From NCBI GenBank assembly GCA_964398555.1, contig CAYNNY010000001.1, positions 4,861 to 67,078 on the forward strand: a DNA stretch of 62,218 nucleotides, written 5' to 3'. The position numbers and the translations under genes were made by a program. This stretch comes from an uncultured Verrucomicrobiales bacterium. GTDB lineage: Bacteria > Verrucomicrobiota > Verrucomicrobiia > Verrucomicrobiales > Akkermansiaceae. Shown piece after piece: positions 30,407-40,200 of this stretch (within the stretch, counting starts at the first letter, position 1; each line of letters opens with the position of its first letter). The notes beneath the pieces were generated by a model. The model was not told the origin of the DNA. It ran no database searches and worked only from the letters and a program-made list of their open reading frames with translations.

Positions 30407-33400
30407 ATGATCATGAATCATTACACCATCCCTCTCATTGCTGGGATCACAGGAATTTTTGCAACCGTCAGTGCATTCGCTGCCAACCGCAGTGAAATCA
30501 ATATCAACCCGGCATGGAAATTCCACCAAGGTGACCCTGGCGATAAATTTGAGTCCTCTACATTTAACGACACTTCATGGGAAGATGTGGCACTCCCCCA
30601 CACCCTCAAGGAAGTTTCCCTAGATCTTGACGACTGCAACGACAACAACAGGCAATCAACCTTCCACCGCTACGTAGGCTACTACCGGAAATCGCTCACA
30701 CTCCCGAAAAAAGACTCCGACCGGAATTATTTTCTCAAATTTCAAGGTGCCATGCAAAACCTCGAACTCTGGGTAAACGACCAGCATATCGGAAAATACG
30801 AGGTTTCCGGATACGATTCATTTCACTTCAATGTCACCGCCGCACTCAAAGCCGGCAACAATGTCATTGCCATCAAAGTAGATAATCGCACCAATGAACT
30901 CACCCCTCCCGATGGAAAAAATATGTCGAAAGACTTCATTCTCTTTGGTGGTCTCTACCGCGATGTTTCCCTCGTCAGCACAAGTAAGGTTTACGTCAAC
31001 TTCCCATGGGAAGCCCGCGATGCCGGAGTCAGGATAACATTTCCAAAAGTTTCCGAGGCAGCCTCTTCCGTCAAGATTGCCACAACCGTTAAAAACGACC
31101 TCAAACAAGCAAGCCAGGTCACCGTCGAAACCCGCCTGAACGACGCCGAAGGAAAATCAGTGACCACTCAGAAAAACAAACTGGAAATCCCAGCCGGAGG
31201 CACCGCCACTTTGATCCAAGATTTTAAGGATATCAAAGGACTGAAACTCTGGAGTCCAGACTCCCCCACCCTCTACACAGCGGAATCCGCCGTGGTTGCC
31301 CAGGGCAAAACCATGGATATCGTCAGCACCCGATTTGGTGTGCGTAGCATTGAGTTCACCACCGATAAAGGATTTTTCATCAATGGCAAACATGTCAAAC
31401 TCCAGGGCTCCAACCGTCACCAGTCGTGGCCGTTTATCGGAAATGCCGTGCCTAACTCACTCCACCGTCGCGATGCAGAAATCATTAAAAACTGCGGTAT
31501 GAACTGGGTCCGACTTTCCCACTACCCCCACGACCCCGACTTTTTAGACGCCTGCGATGAGCTCGGACTGATGCTTCTCGAAGAAGGCCCAACCTGGATG
31601 CGTGATAATGGCGACGCCTGGTTGCAAAACCTCTACGCATCCTTCCGCTCGATGATCCGTCGCGACCGCAATCACCCGTCAATCATCGTCTGGAACGCCT
31701 GCATCAACCATTCACGATTCAACAAAAACCTCGGCGAAATTTGTGAAGAAGAAGACAACCGTCCCATCGGAGCCAAGCTACCCAAAACGCCCATGGATTT
31801 CAGGCACGGCACGATCAGTGGCGACGGCGCACTCAGCATCGAACACACCGGTCACACCTACCCCCGAGGTCGGGGCCTGCTGATGCCCGATGGCACCGAC
31901 GGCGAATGGGAACTGGCAAAACGCCACTGGGAACACGTCAATGCCTCCTACTTAAAAACCGACAACGCCGGTATGGCGGTCTGGTGTATGTTCGACTACA
32001 ACACGTTCCACAACATCAATGAACGTGGCATGGTCTGGCACGGAGTTTCCGATCTCACCCGCATTCCTAAACACAGCTACTACTGGTTCCAGTCCGAACT
32101 GGCAAAAAAACCGATGGCCTACGTCATCAACTATCAAAAAGGAAAGGCCTGTGTGTTCAGCAATGGCGATCAGGTAGAACTCTTTGAAGACACAGGAAGC
32201 GGATTCAAGTCGGTAGGAAAAAAATCACCGCTGACCGGACTAGCTCTCCACCACCCGCCATTTGAGTTTGATGTGGCCGAAAATGTCATCGCCCTAAAAG
32301 CCGTTGCTCTCATCGATGGCAAACCATCCGCCGAGTTCATCTGGCGTCGTCCCGGACTTCCCATCGCGGTTAAAGTCGAAGCAGATAGTCAAAATATCAT
32401 TGCCGACGGCAGCGACCTCACACGCATCGTAGCCACCATCGTCGACGCCAAAGGCACCGCCGTTGAAGGACTTTCCAGCGAGGTTTATTTTAACGTCGAA
32501 GGAAAAGGAACCATTGTAGGAACCAACCCCGCCGTCATCCGCAATGGCAAAGCAGTGGTGCTGGTGCGCTCCCACTATTCCACCGGCAAACTCAAAGTCA
32601 TCGCCACCTCACCCGAGCTAAAATCCGGGAATGCAACCGTCACTTGCGTCAAGCCCGCCAAAGATGTATTTCTCCCCGCCCAACTTCCGGCGTTCAAAGC
32701 GAGCAAACCACTCGCCGAAAAAAATTCCGTCTGGCTGACCGATCTCTCATGGCGCTTTATGCAATCGAAAGGCTCACGCTGGAACTACCGCTCCGGCCCG
32801 ACGTATTTCAAAACCATCGAAACCAATGGCAAACCCTACACCCATGCCGTCTCCGGTCAGGCACCGCTTCAGGTGGTTTACAGCCTCGGTGGGCTATACA
32901 AGGAGTTCTCCGCCACCCTCGTCGCCATGAAGGGGCAAGCAACTTACAGCATTTTCCTCGATGGCGTGGAGTTCTGTAAAAAGGAAAATCTGGAAAAAGA
33001 TGAAGTGGTCACCGTGCCGCTGGAAGGCGTGCAGTCTATCCGACTACTCGCCACCCGCAAAATCAACACCAGCCCAAAAGTCCTCTGGGCCGATGCCAAA
33101 CTCACCTACGGAAGATCATCCAAAGTTGACGAGGCAAAAATCTTTGACGACACAGCAACCACCGACCTCGGAACGATCCAGGAAAAAGATCCCGCACCTG
33201 AACCCGTCAAATTCAAAACCATCAAAAAAGCAGAAAAAGGCACTTATGTCTCGTCCAATGTCGTAATGATCAATGGTAGCACCGCCAGCTATCCGATCTC
33301 GATCCGTGGTGGCCAATACCGCATCTACTCCGGCCCATGGACCAGCAAAGGAGGCCAAGTCAAACCTGGCGACGCTATCACCCTACGGGTCAAAACCAAC

Positions 33401-33469
33401 AAAAAGAAATCCAAGGCCAAAATCAAAATTGGAGGCTACGAAACCACCTTCGAGGTCATTCTGAAATAG
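30407..33469 (+). CDS. GH2 glycosidase (beta-galactosidase-like) with Ig-like and NPCBM-like C-terminal domains; acid/base Glu appears replaced by His
   Basis: GYYRK, FGGLYRDV, LWSPDSPTLY, FGVRSIEF, NRHQSWPFIGNA, VRLSHYP, CDELGL, RDRNHPSIIVWNACINHS, IEHTGH; IADGSDL Ig domain; WLTDLSW...Y.LGG..KEFSA NPCBM-like region. Confidence 0.85.
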   Translation: MIMNHYTIPLIAGITGIFATVSAFAANRSEININPAWKFHQGDPGDKFESSTFNDTSWEDVALPHTLKEVSLDLDDCNDNNRQSTFHRYVGYYRKSLTLPKKDSDRNYFLKFQGAMQNLELWVNDQHIGKYEVSGYDSFHFNVTAALKAGNNVIAIKVDNRTNELTPPDGKNMSKDFILFGGLYRDVSLVSTSKVYVNFPWEARDAGVRITFPKVSEAASSVKIATTVKNDLKQASQVTVETRLNDAEGKSVTTQKNKLEIPAGGTATLIQDFKDIKGLKLWSPDSPTLYTAESAVVAQGKTMDIVSTRFGVRSIEFTTDKGFFINGKHVKLQGSNRHQSWPFIGNAVPNSLHRRDAEIIKNCGMNWVRLSHYPHDPDFLDACDELGLMLLEEGPTWMRDNGDAWLQNLYASFRSMIRRDRNHPSIIVWNACINHSRFNKNLGEICEEEDNRPIGAKLPKTPMDFRHGTISGDGALSIEHTGHTYPRGRGLLMPDGTDGEWELAKRHWEHVNASYLKTDNAGMAVWCMFDYNTFHNINERGMVWHGVSDLTRIPKHSYYWFQSELAKKPMAYVINYQKGKACVFSNGDQVELFEDTGSGFKSVGKKSPLTGLALHHPPFEFDVAENVIALKAVALIDGKPSAEFIWRRPGLPIAVKVEADSQNIIADGSDLTRIVATIVDAKGTAVEGLSSEVYFNVEGKGTIVGTNPAVIRNGKAVVLVRSHYSTGKLKVIATSPELKSGNATVTCVKPAKDVFLPAQLPAFKASKPLAEKNSVWLTDLSWRFMQSKGSRWNYRSGPTYFKTIETNGKPYTHAVSGQAPLQVVYSLGGLYKEFSATLVAMKGQATYSIFLDGVEFCKKENLEKDEVVTVPLEGVQSIRLLATRKINTSPKVLWADAKLTYGRSSKVDEAKIFDDTATTDLGTIQEKDPAPEPVKFKTIKKAEKGTYVSSNVVMINGSTASYPISIRGGQYRIYSGPWTSKGGQVKPGDAITLRVKTNKKKSKAKIKIGGYETTFEVILK

Positions 33470-33524
33470 ATTCTGAATAATCAGCCAACAAGGTATAAAT
33501 ACAACGCCCCCGCGCAACAAAACA

Positions 33525-35621
33525 ATGCCCCTCATCCAGCAAAAATCCGCCCTATCCTCTATCTTGGCCGGAGCCTTTCTCTGTGTATCTGTCCCCCAGA
33601 CTCAAGCTCAATGGAAAGACCCCGAAAAAGAGGGTGCCATCCCCCATTATCAAATATCCCCCAGCTCAGGTAATCCACTCACCGTCGATAATTTCCAAAA
33701 AGAATCAAAAACAACCTATCGCTTCGAGGGAATTGATTACGGCCGAGATGCTGGGTTCACCGCAGCCGATCAACAAAAGAAAGGTAAGATCGAACGAAAC
33801 GATGGCACCGCCATCCTCTCAGGTAATGGCAATTTTTTTGCCGCAGGTCGATCCTTACGCCCCGGCGAATGTGTTGCCGTCACCATCGTCCCCGCCGCCG
33901 GAGCCTTCACGGGCATCGCCATAGGTAATACACGGATCGATATTGGAAATTACGCCGAAGAGCGGCAATCAATGCCTCTCTTATTTCGGACAGGCCCAAC
34001 CGAATGGGAACTCAAAACCATCCTCGTCCCCGAGCGTGGTAAAGCCTATTTACGAATGGTCATCGGCCAAGGTGCCGAGTGGCCGAACGGACCGTTACCC
34101 TACCTCGGCAGACCGGTGAGTGTGTTGATCCTTCGGGGAAAAAACGACACCAAAAATAAGATTTTCTGGCGAGTCACAGGTGCCTACGCCCACGGTCAGG
34201 GAGCTTACACCGATCCCACACTGCCCGAAAAAGCCCCCTTCGGACTGTGCCACAATGCCAAAGGATTCAAACCCTACGCCACGATCACCTCATTCCAACA
34301 CGGAACCCTCAATCAAAAACTTAAAAAACTCCCCCCGCTCCGACTCGCCCCCTGGGTGCCTGAAAACTTGGCACAACGTCAAACCTGGGATGATTCCAAC
34401 GCAAGAATCGCAATTGCAACAAAGCTCATCGAAGCAGTTCCGTCAGCGGGAAAACTTACCAAAAAGGAAATTGACTCGGTCAAAAAATACTACCAAACCT
34501 GCGGCTACCCACATAGCAATATGCAAAACAGCAACGTTTTTTCGTTCGAAAAATGGGGTGCCTGCGCGAACTTCTACCGTCTCACCGGCGACATCTGGTT
34601 TCTCGACCACGCTGCGCAGATTGCCGAAAGAATTCTACTGGTAGGATTAAAGTCCGAAGGTGTCCTCGCCGCAACTATGGATAACGGAGGACTGGGAACC
34701 GTCGAACGGTTTGTAAAAATGCCCGGTATCTTCCCCCACATGCGACGTTGCTTTTATAACGAAAAAGAAGAACTCATCACCCAATGCGACACCGCCCAGG
34801 CATCGCTCCTGCAGCCGTCATCGGCATTCTGCCTACGGGTCGCGGAAAACAAGGAACTATGGGACAAAATAATGCCTGATGGCGACCCTAACAAACTCGG
34901 TAAAACCTACAAAGAAAGAGCCGTTAGCTACCTCGACATCCTCTACACCGCGGTATCCCACATGGTGCCCTACCGACTGAATAAAAATTCCTTCATTTTC
35001 GAATACCCCGACGTCGGCAAAGAGCCGAGTCCCGTCATGGCCTACAACCGATGGTATCTCTCCATCGCAGCCCTCCCGGAAGCAGCTTCGGCAATGGAAA
35101 TCTTCGGCGTGCATCCGGAACGTGTGAAGTATTACGATAAAATGGTGCAGTCCGGGATTGATAATATCAGAAGCCGTGTGGTGCCGGTGAAACACCCAAA
35201 AGGACTCGTCTGGACCTGGCCATACCGCTACGATAAACCCGCGCCTCCCGCCGAAGACTACGGCCACGGTGGAGCCACGCTAAATATGCTTCGGCGCTTT
35301 TATGAATCCGGACGCTACAAATTCCCAGAAGAAGAATTACGCAGATACATCCGCGCCTATCTCCTCCTCTGCTACGACCCAAAAACCCAGACATTCTCCT
35401 ACCACACCGATGGCAATTTAGGAGGAAAAAGCCGCAAAAAAAATAAAGGTGGTGGTGGCTTTGTGATGTTTGGAAAGTATTTCCATGAGTTCGACGACTG
35501 GTTTATGGAGCCGGCGTCTAAAGTGAAAAATGTCTTTTCCATCATGATGGTTCTACAGCGTCGGGCCGAGAAATATGGAGTGGAAGACATGAGTCCCACC
35601 ATGCCCAAAACAATAAAATAA
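33525..35621 (+). CDS. Secreted hypothetical protein; N-terminal beta-rich domain, C-terminal probable (alpha/alpha) toroid
   Basis: 698-aa ORF with signal peptide and the same codon bias as its neighbours; FYRLTGDIWFLDHA helix-hairpin motif, YNRW, WTWPY, EDYGHG. Confidence 0.7.
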   Translation: MPLIQQKSALSSILAGAFLCVSVPQTQAQWKDPEKEGAIPHYQISPSSGNPLTVDNFQKESKTTYRFEGIDYGRDAGFTAADQQKKGKIERNDGTAILSGNGNFFAAGRSLRPGECVAVTIVPAAGAFTGIAIGNTRIDIGNYAEERQSMPLLFRTGPTEWELKTILVPERGKAYLRMVIGQGAEWPNGPLPYLGRPVSVLILRGKNDTKNKIFWRVTGAYAHGQGAYTDPTLPEKAPFGLCHNAKGFKPYATITSFQHGTLNQKLKKLPPLRLAPWVPENLAQRQTWDDSNARIAIATKLIEAVPSAGKLTKKEIDSVKKYYQTCGYPHSNMQNSNVFSFEKWGACANFYRLTGDIWFLDHAAQIAERILLVGLKSEGVLAATMDNGGLGTVERFVKMPGIFPHMRRCFYNEKEELITQCDTAQASLLQPSSAFCLRVAENKELWDKIMPDGDPNKLGKTYKERAVSYLDILYTAVSHMVPYRLNKNSFIFEYPDVGKEPSPVMAYNRWYLSIAALPEAASAMEIFGVHPERVKYYDKMVQSGIDNIRSRVVPVKHPKGLVWTWPYRYDKPAPPAEDYGHGGATLNMLRRFYESGRYKFPEEELRRYIRAYLLLCYDPKTQTFSYHTDGNLGGKSRKKNKGGGGFVMFGKYFHEFDDWFMEPASKVKNVFSIMMVLQRRAEKYGVEDMSPTMPKTIK

Positions 35622-35630
35622 CCCATCACA

Positions 35631-35654
35631 GATCACCCTGACCCCCAGGGGATC
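35631..35654 (+). terminator. Stem-loop just downstream of the 33525-35621 gene (possible terminator or mRNA-stabilising hairpin)
   Basis: GATC-A-CCCTG-ACCCC-CAGGG-GATC; no immediate U-tract. Confidence 0.3.
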
Positions 35655-35682
35655 AAGCTAGGGAGATTCATTCATATTTTTT

Positions 35683-35769
35683 GGCAGGATTAACAGAATT
35701 GAACGAATCCTTCGGACTCATTACGAAGTTATGATTAAAAAAAATCCTGTAAATCTTGTTAATCCTGTC
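35683..35769. repeat. Imperfect inverted repeat built from 9-bp units (AATCCTGTW)
   Basis: Left arm GGCAGGATTAACAGAATT (35683-35700); right arm AATCCTGTA-AATCTTGTT-AATCCTGTC (35743-35769), whose reverse complement is GACAGGATTAACAAGATTTACAGGATT. Confidence 0.7.
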
Positions 35770-35796
35770 TCTAAACAAACACGCAGTCAAACACAA

Positions 35797-37134
35797 ATGT
35801 TAGATCCAATTACCCCATCCGTCCAATCCGTAACAGCATCTATCATTGCGCTCTGTTTTCTGACAACTTCTATCTCGGCGGAACCTACGGAAACGAGAAT
35901 TTGGAGATCCACGGCGGGCACTAAAATTGAAGCTTCCATTCTTCAAATCAAAGAAGGCAAGGTTCAGATGAAACTCAAAAATGGTAAAACAATCATGGTT
36001 CCTCTGGTGAAGTTCATTGCTGAAGACCAGGCGTTCATCAAAGAGTTTTATAAAAAACCCGATACCGATTCAGTAACCCATGATGAGGGAGAACTCAAGG
36101 ATAGCGGCATCCCCCTCGTTACCGATGGACTGCCATACGAAGTTGGCAAAGTGGTAGGACCTGTTGATGTAGGGGGGGGAGTGTCATACTTTCTTTACAT
36201 CCCCAAAAGCCTTCGCCAAGGGCGTAAAGCCCCGCTACTCCACCATAACGGCCCGGGCGGTGCTAGAAAAAAAAATCTCAACGTTTACATCAAAGGTGCT
36301 GAGCTTAATGGATGGATCGTTGCCGCGAGTATGCAGTCCCAGAACAATAATGAGCTGGAAGATAATTACAAGTTTGCTAAAAAAGATGTGGAACATCTAT
36401 TAAAGACGTTGCCGATAGACAAAAAGCGGATTTATTTTGTAGGAAATTCTGGCGGGGGTGCGCAGACGTTTTATAACACAGCTACGATGAAAGTAGCGGG
36501 AGGAATCCCGACAATTGGTTACATTCCAGACGGCACCAAACTGAAAGGAGCCCTCTATTATATCCTCGCTGCAACTACCGATCATAATCGATATCTCTCA
36601 GCCCATGCCGTGGATGTCGCTGGAAAGAAAAATGCTGTGGTCCGCTTTCATAAGGGAGGACACCGGGGTGCTCCAGAGTGGCGATACCGTGAGGGCATGA
36701 TCTGGCTCAACGGTCGTTATCTGGCAAAGCGGGCTAAGGCCCCAGGTATTGCCGAGGAACGGCTTGACTATGAGACGTCCATCATTCGTCATATTCAACA
36801 ATTGAAGGTGAAGTCCCCCTATCGTGCGTATTCCTGGTGTGTCTTTCTTGAAGAAGACTATGAAATCACTGGCTCAAACGCAAAAATTCTCGCGGGAATT
36901 CGGACGGAACTCGCCGCAGATCCAAACTGCCTCAAGTATGTCGAAGCATTGAAGGATATTGACGATTTTTCCTCTCGTTATTACAGTCCATTTGGTGAAT
37001 CAGGTGGGTCGGTATTCGCTCACATCACACCAAAGATAACCAAAGCTGCGGAGAAATTAGCTGAAAAATACGCGGGCGTGCCCATGATAGAAAGCATCTG
37101 TAAAGAATTGGGAAAACCAACCGTCAAAAAGTAA
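35797..37134 (+). CDS. SHD1-domain + alpha/beta-hydrolase (putative esterase)
   Basis: RIWRSTAGTKIEAS...VPLVKFIAEDQAFI (SHD1); YFLYIP, IDKKRIYFVGNSGGG (GxSxG elbow), TTDHN, HKGGH. Start moved from 35731, whose NPVNLVNPV is the translated repeat, to ATG 35797. Confidence 0.78.
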   Translation: MLDPITPSVQSVTASIIALCFLTTSISAEPTETRIWRSTAGTKIEASILQIKEGKVQMKLKNGKTIMVPLVKFIAEDQAFIKEFYKKPDTDSVTHDEGELKDSGIPLVTDGLPYEVGKVVGPVDVGGGVSYFLYIPKSLRQGRKAPLLHHNGPGGARKKNLNVYIKGAELNGWIVAASMQSQNNNELEDNYKFAKKDVEHLLKTLPIDKKRIYFVGNSGGGAQTFYNTATMKVAGGIPTIGYIPDGTKLKGALYYILAATTDHNRYLSAHAVDVAGKKNAVVRFHKGGHRGAPEWRYREGMIWLNGRYLAKRAKAPGIAEERLDYETSIIRHIQQLKVKSPYRAYSWCVFLEEDYEITGSNAKILAGIRTELAADPNCLKYVEALKDIDDFSSRYYSPFGESGGSVFAHITPKITKAAEKLAEKYAGVPMIESICKELGKPTVKK

Positions 37135-37215
37135 GAGTCCCTGAGATAAATAGAGACCCTTATTAGCAGAAAAATCACCTCAATTACCTCTATAAAAATA
37201 GAAGGGATAATAAAT

Positions 37216-40200
37216 ATGAAGTCATCAAAAACAAAAAACCGACACACACCCAAATGGGTGAAGACACCCCAGACCTCCTTATCCGTTTTTGTGCTGCAGT
37301 TTATACTGATTTTTTGGCTTTCCCTTGCCACCTCCCCCGCTGATAACAGCCGCCCCTATTGGAACGATCCTGAAATCATCCAAATAAACCGTTTAGCTCC
37401 ACGGGCTCATTTTATCGCTTATCCTGATGTGGCGAGTGCTAAGCTGGGTGGGGTATTAAAGCGTGCCGACGCCCCGTTTCGGAAATCGCTTAATGGCACT
37501 TGGAAGTTTCACTACAGCACGACGCCGGAGTTTCGTCCCAAGGAGTTTTATAAACCCAACTTCGATACGTCGAATTGGCACTCGATCGCAGTGCCGCTCA
37601 ATTGGCAGATGGCAGGGTTTGGTATTCCTATCTACAATAACAGCTTTTTCCCCTTTAACAGCAGTCCGCCCTATATCGATCAGTCATTTAATCCCGTAGG
37701 CAGTTATAAACGATCTTTTTCTGTGCCCGAAAATTGGAAGGGACGCCGTATTCTCATCCACTTTGCAGGAGTGGATTCCGCGTTTACTCTTTGGCTCAAC
37801 GGGAAGGAAGTCGGATACAGCGAGGGCTCACGCACGCCTGCGGAGTTTGATATTACTCCGTTTCTTGTGAAGGGGAAAAACGATTTGGCCGTCGAGGTGA
37901 TCCGATTCTCCACCGGCGCATGGTTAGAGGATCAGGACATGTGGCGACTCAGCGGCATTTTCCGCGATGTCGAGCTGATTTCCCAACCCGCCGGCGAACG
38001 ACTCAGTGATTTCTCCCTCCAAACTCCACTGGATGCCACCTACACCGATGCCACGCTGGAGCTCACCTGTACTTTCGAAAAACCCGACAAAGGAAGTGTG
38101 CAAATCATTGTTTTCGATCAAGACGGACAACAGATCCTCGCTGAAAAATCAACGATCACCCAAGGTATAGCAACTTTCAAAAAACCCGTCAAATCACCCA
38201 AGCTCTGGAGTGCCGAAACGCCCAACCTTTATCAACTGCTGATCTCCCACTACAATTCCAAAGGTAAGCTTGTTGAGGTGATTCCCTGGAAGTTTGGCTT
38301 CCGCTGGTCGGAGATGAAAAATAACCGTCAGCTCATCAATGGTAAGCCTGTTGTCATCGCCGGAGTGAACCGACATGAACATTCCGATACCCATGGCCAC
38401 TACTGCACTTTGGAGGAGATGCGTCAGGATGTGATTCAGATGAAACAGCTGAATTTCAATGCCGTCCGCACCAGCCACTATCCGAATGTGCCAGAGTTTT
38501 ATGCGCTTTGTGATGAGTATGGTCTTTATGTTAATAATGAAGCGAACATTGAAGGGCACGGCCACCAAGGGATTCCCAAGATGGCCATTTTTGACGCCAC
38601 TCATTTGGATCGTATGCAGCGGATGGTCGAACGCGATAAAAATTTCACTTCGGTCATTAGTTGGTCGCTTGGAAATGAATCGGGGAGGCACGGTGCGCAC
38701 GACACGAACTACACCTGGACAAAATCCCGCGATCCCCGACCCGTTTGTTATCAGCGCCATCATAAAGACAGCACCTTCACTGATTATAACTCCACCTTCT
38801 ACAAACGATCTTGGGAGCTTGCTGTCTTTGCAAAAAAGCCAACCAACCTCATGATGATCATGAGCGAATACGCCCACGCCATGGGGAACTCCTCCGGTAA
38901 TATGAAAGAATACTGGACAACTTTCTGGGAGGAAAACAACGTGCAAGGCGCCTTTGCCTGGGACTGGAAAGATCAAGGTATCCGGCTTCCTGTCCCCGAG
39001 CGTTCATGGATTACAATGCCCGGCGTTGATGCTGATGACCTCCTGGTCGAAGGCTCCCAAATCACTAAAAACGGACTGCGCGGGATTCTTTATTTTTGCC
39101 ACGGTAGTGAACCTGACATTCCAACACCATGGACGCTTCACATGACACTGCGCACCGCTCCCAAAAGCGATGACGAACTCGCGTTTTTTCCGCTCTTCGG
39201 AAGAGACAGCACGAAGGGCGCTGTCTTTATGGAGAAAAATGCACTTGTCTTTCAAAACTTTGGCAGGAATCGAAATAAACTGATCGCCCCGCTGCCGGAT
39301 TCTTTTTTCGATGGCAAAGAGCACACTATCACCGTGGCCGTGAATAATACAGAGGTGACTTTCTTTACCGATGCAAAAAAAATAAAAACCTTAGCGCTCA
39401 AGGCGAAATTTAAGAAGAAATGGAAAGGCTATGTTGCTTTTGGCCCCGCCGTTGGCACCGCTCTCGTTCCCGAGCGACTTGAAACCAGCGCGCCGACCTT
39501 ACTCAATGCGCAATTACTCGAAGGGATATACACGCCAGCTGAAATAGCTTCAGCTAAGCCCGTGGTCGCGCTTAATTTTCGTAAACCGGTCAAGGTAATC
39601 GACCATCGTCCCGCTGGGGGACATTTCTTTGCCTATGGCGGCTATTGGGAAAACCGCCGTGGGCACCTCAATCCAGGTAATTTCTGCATGAATGGTATTG
39701 TGAGCGCTGATAACACAGCGCACCCCGGCGCCTACGCCTTTAAGTATGTCCAACAACCATTTGACACTCAGGTCATCGATGCGAAAAGCGGCACCATTAC
39801 TATTCATAATCGTAACTTTTTTAAGGCACTCGATGACTCCTATTTACTCCGCTGGGCACTCACGGCTGATGGGGAAACTATCCAGTCCGGCGCGTTTCCG
39901 GATCTCCGTATCCTGCCACAAAAAACAAAAAAACTCACACTTCCTATCAAGCCCACCACCTATAAAGCGGGGGTGGAATACCGCGCTCAAATCACCTGCG
40001 AATTACGTAAACCAACATCATGGGCGAAGGCAGGGCACCGGATTGCGTGGGATAGCTTCCGCATCGCCTACACGCCTAAGCCACCCTCCTTCTCAACGAA
40101 GCTTCCCCTAACGCTCAAAGAAACCTCTGACCGACTAATACTAACAGGCCATGGGTTCTCTGTTGAGTTTGATAAAAAAACCGCTACTCTCGTGAGTTAT

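Noticed and set aside
35683-35769. Possible CRISPR array
   Set aside because: Units are 9 bp, adjacent and inverted, with no unique spacers and no cas genes.
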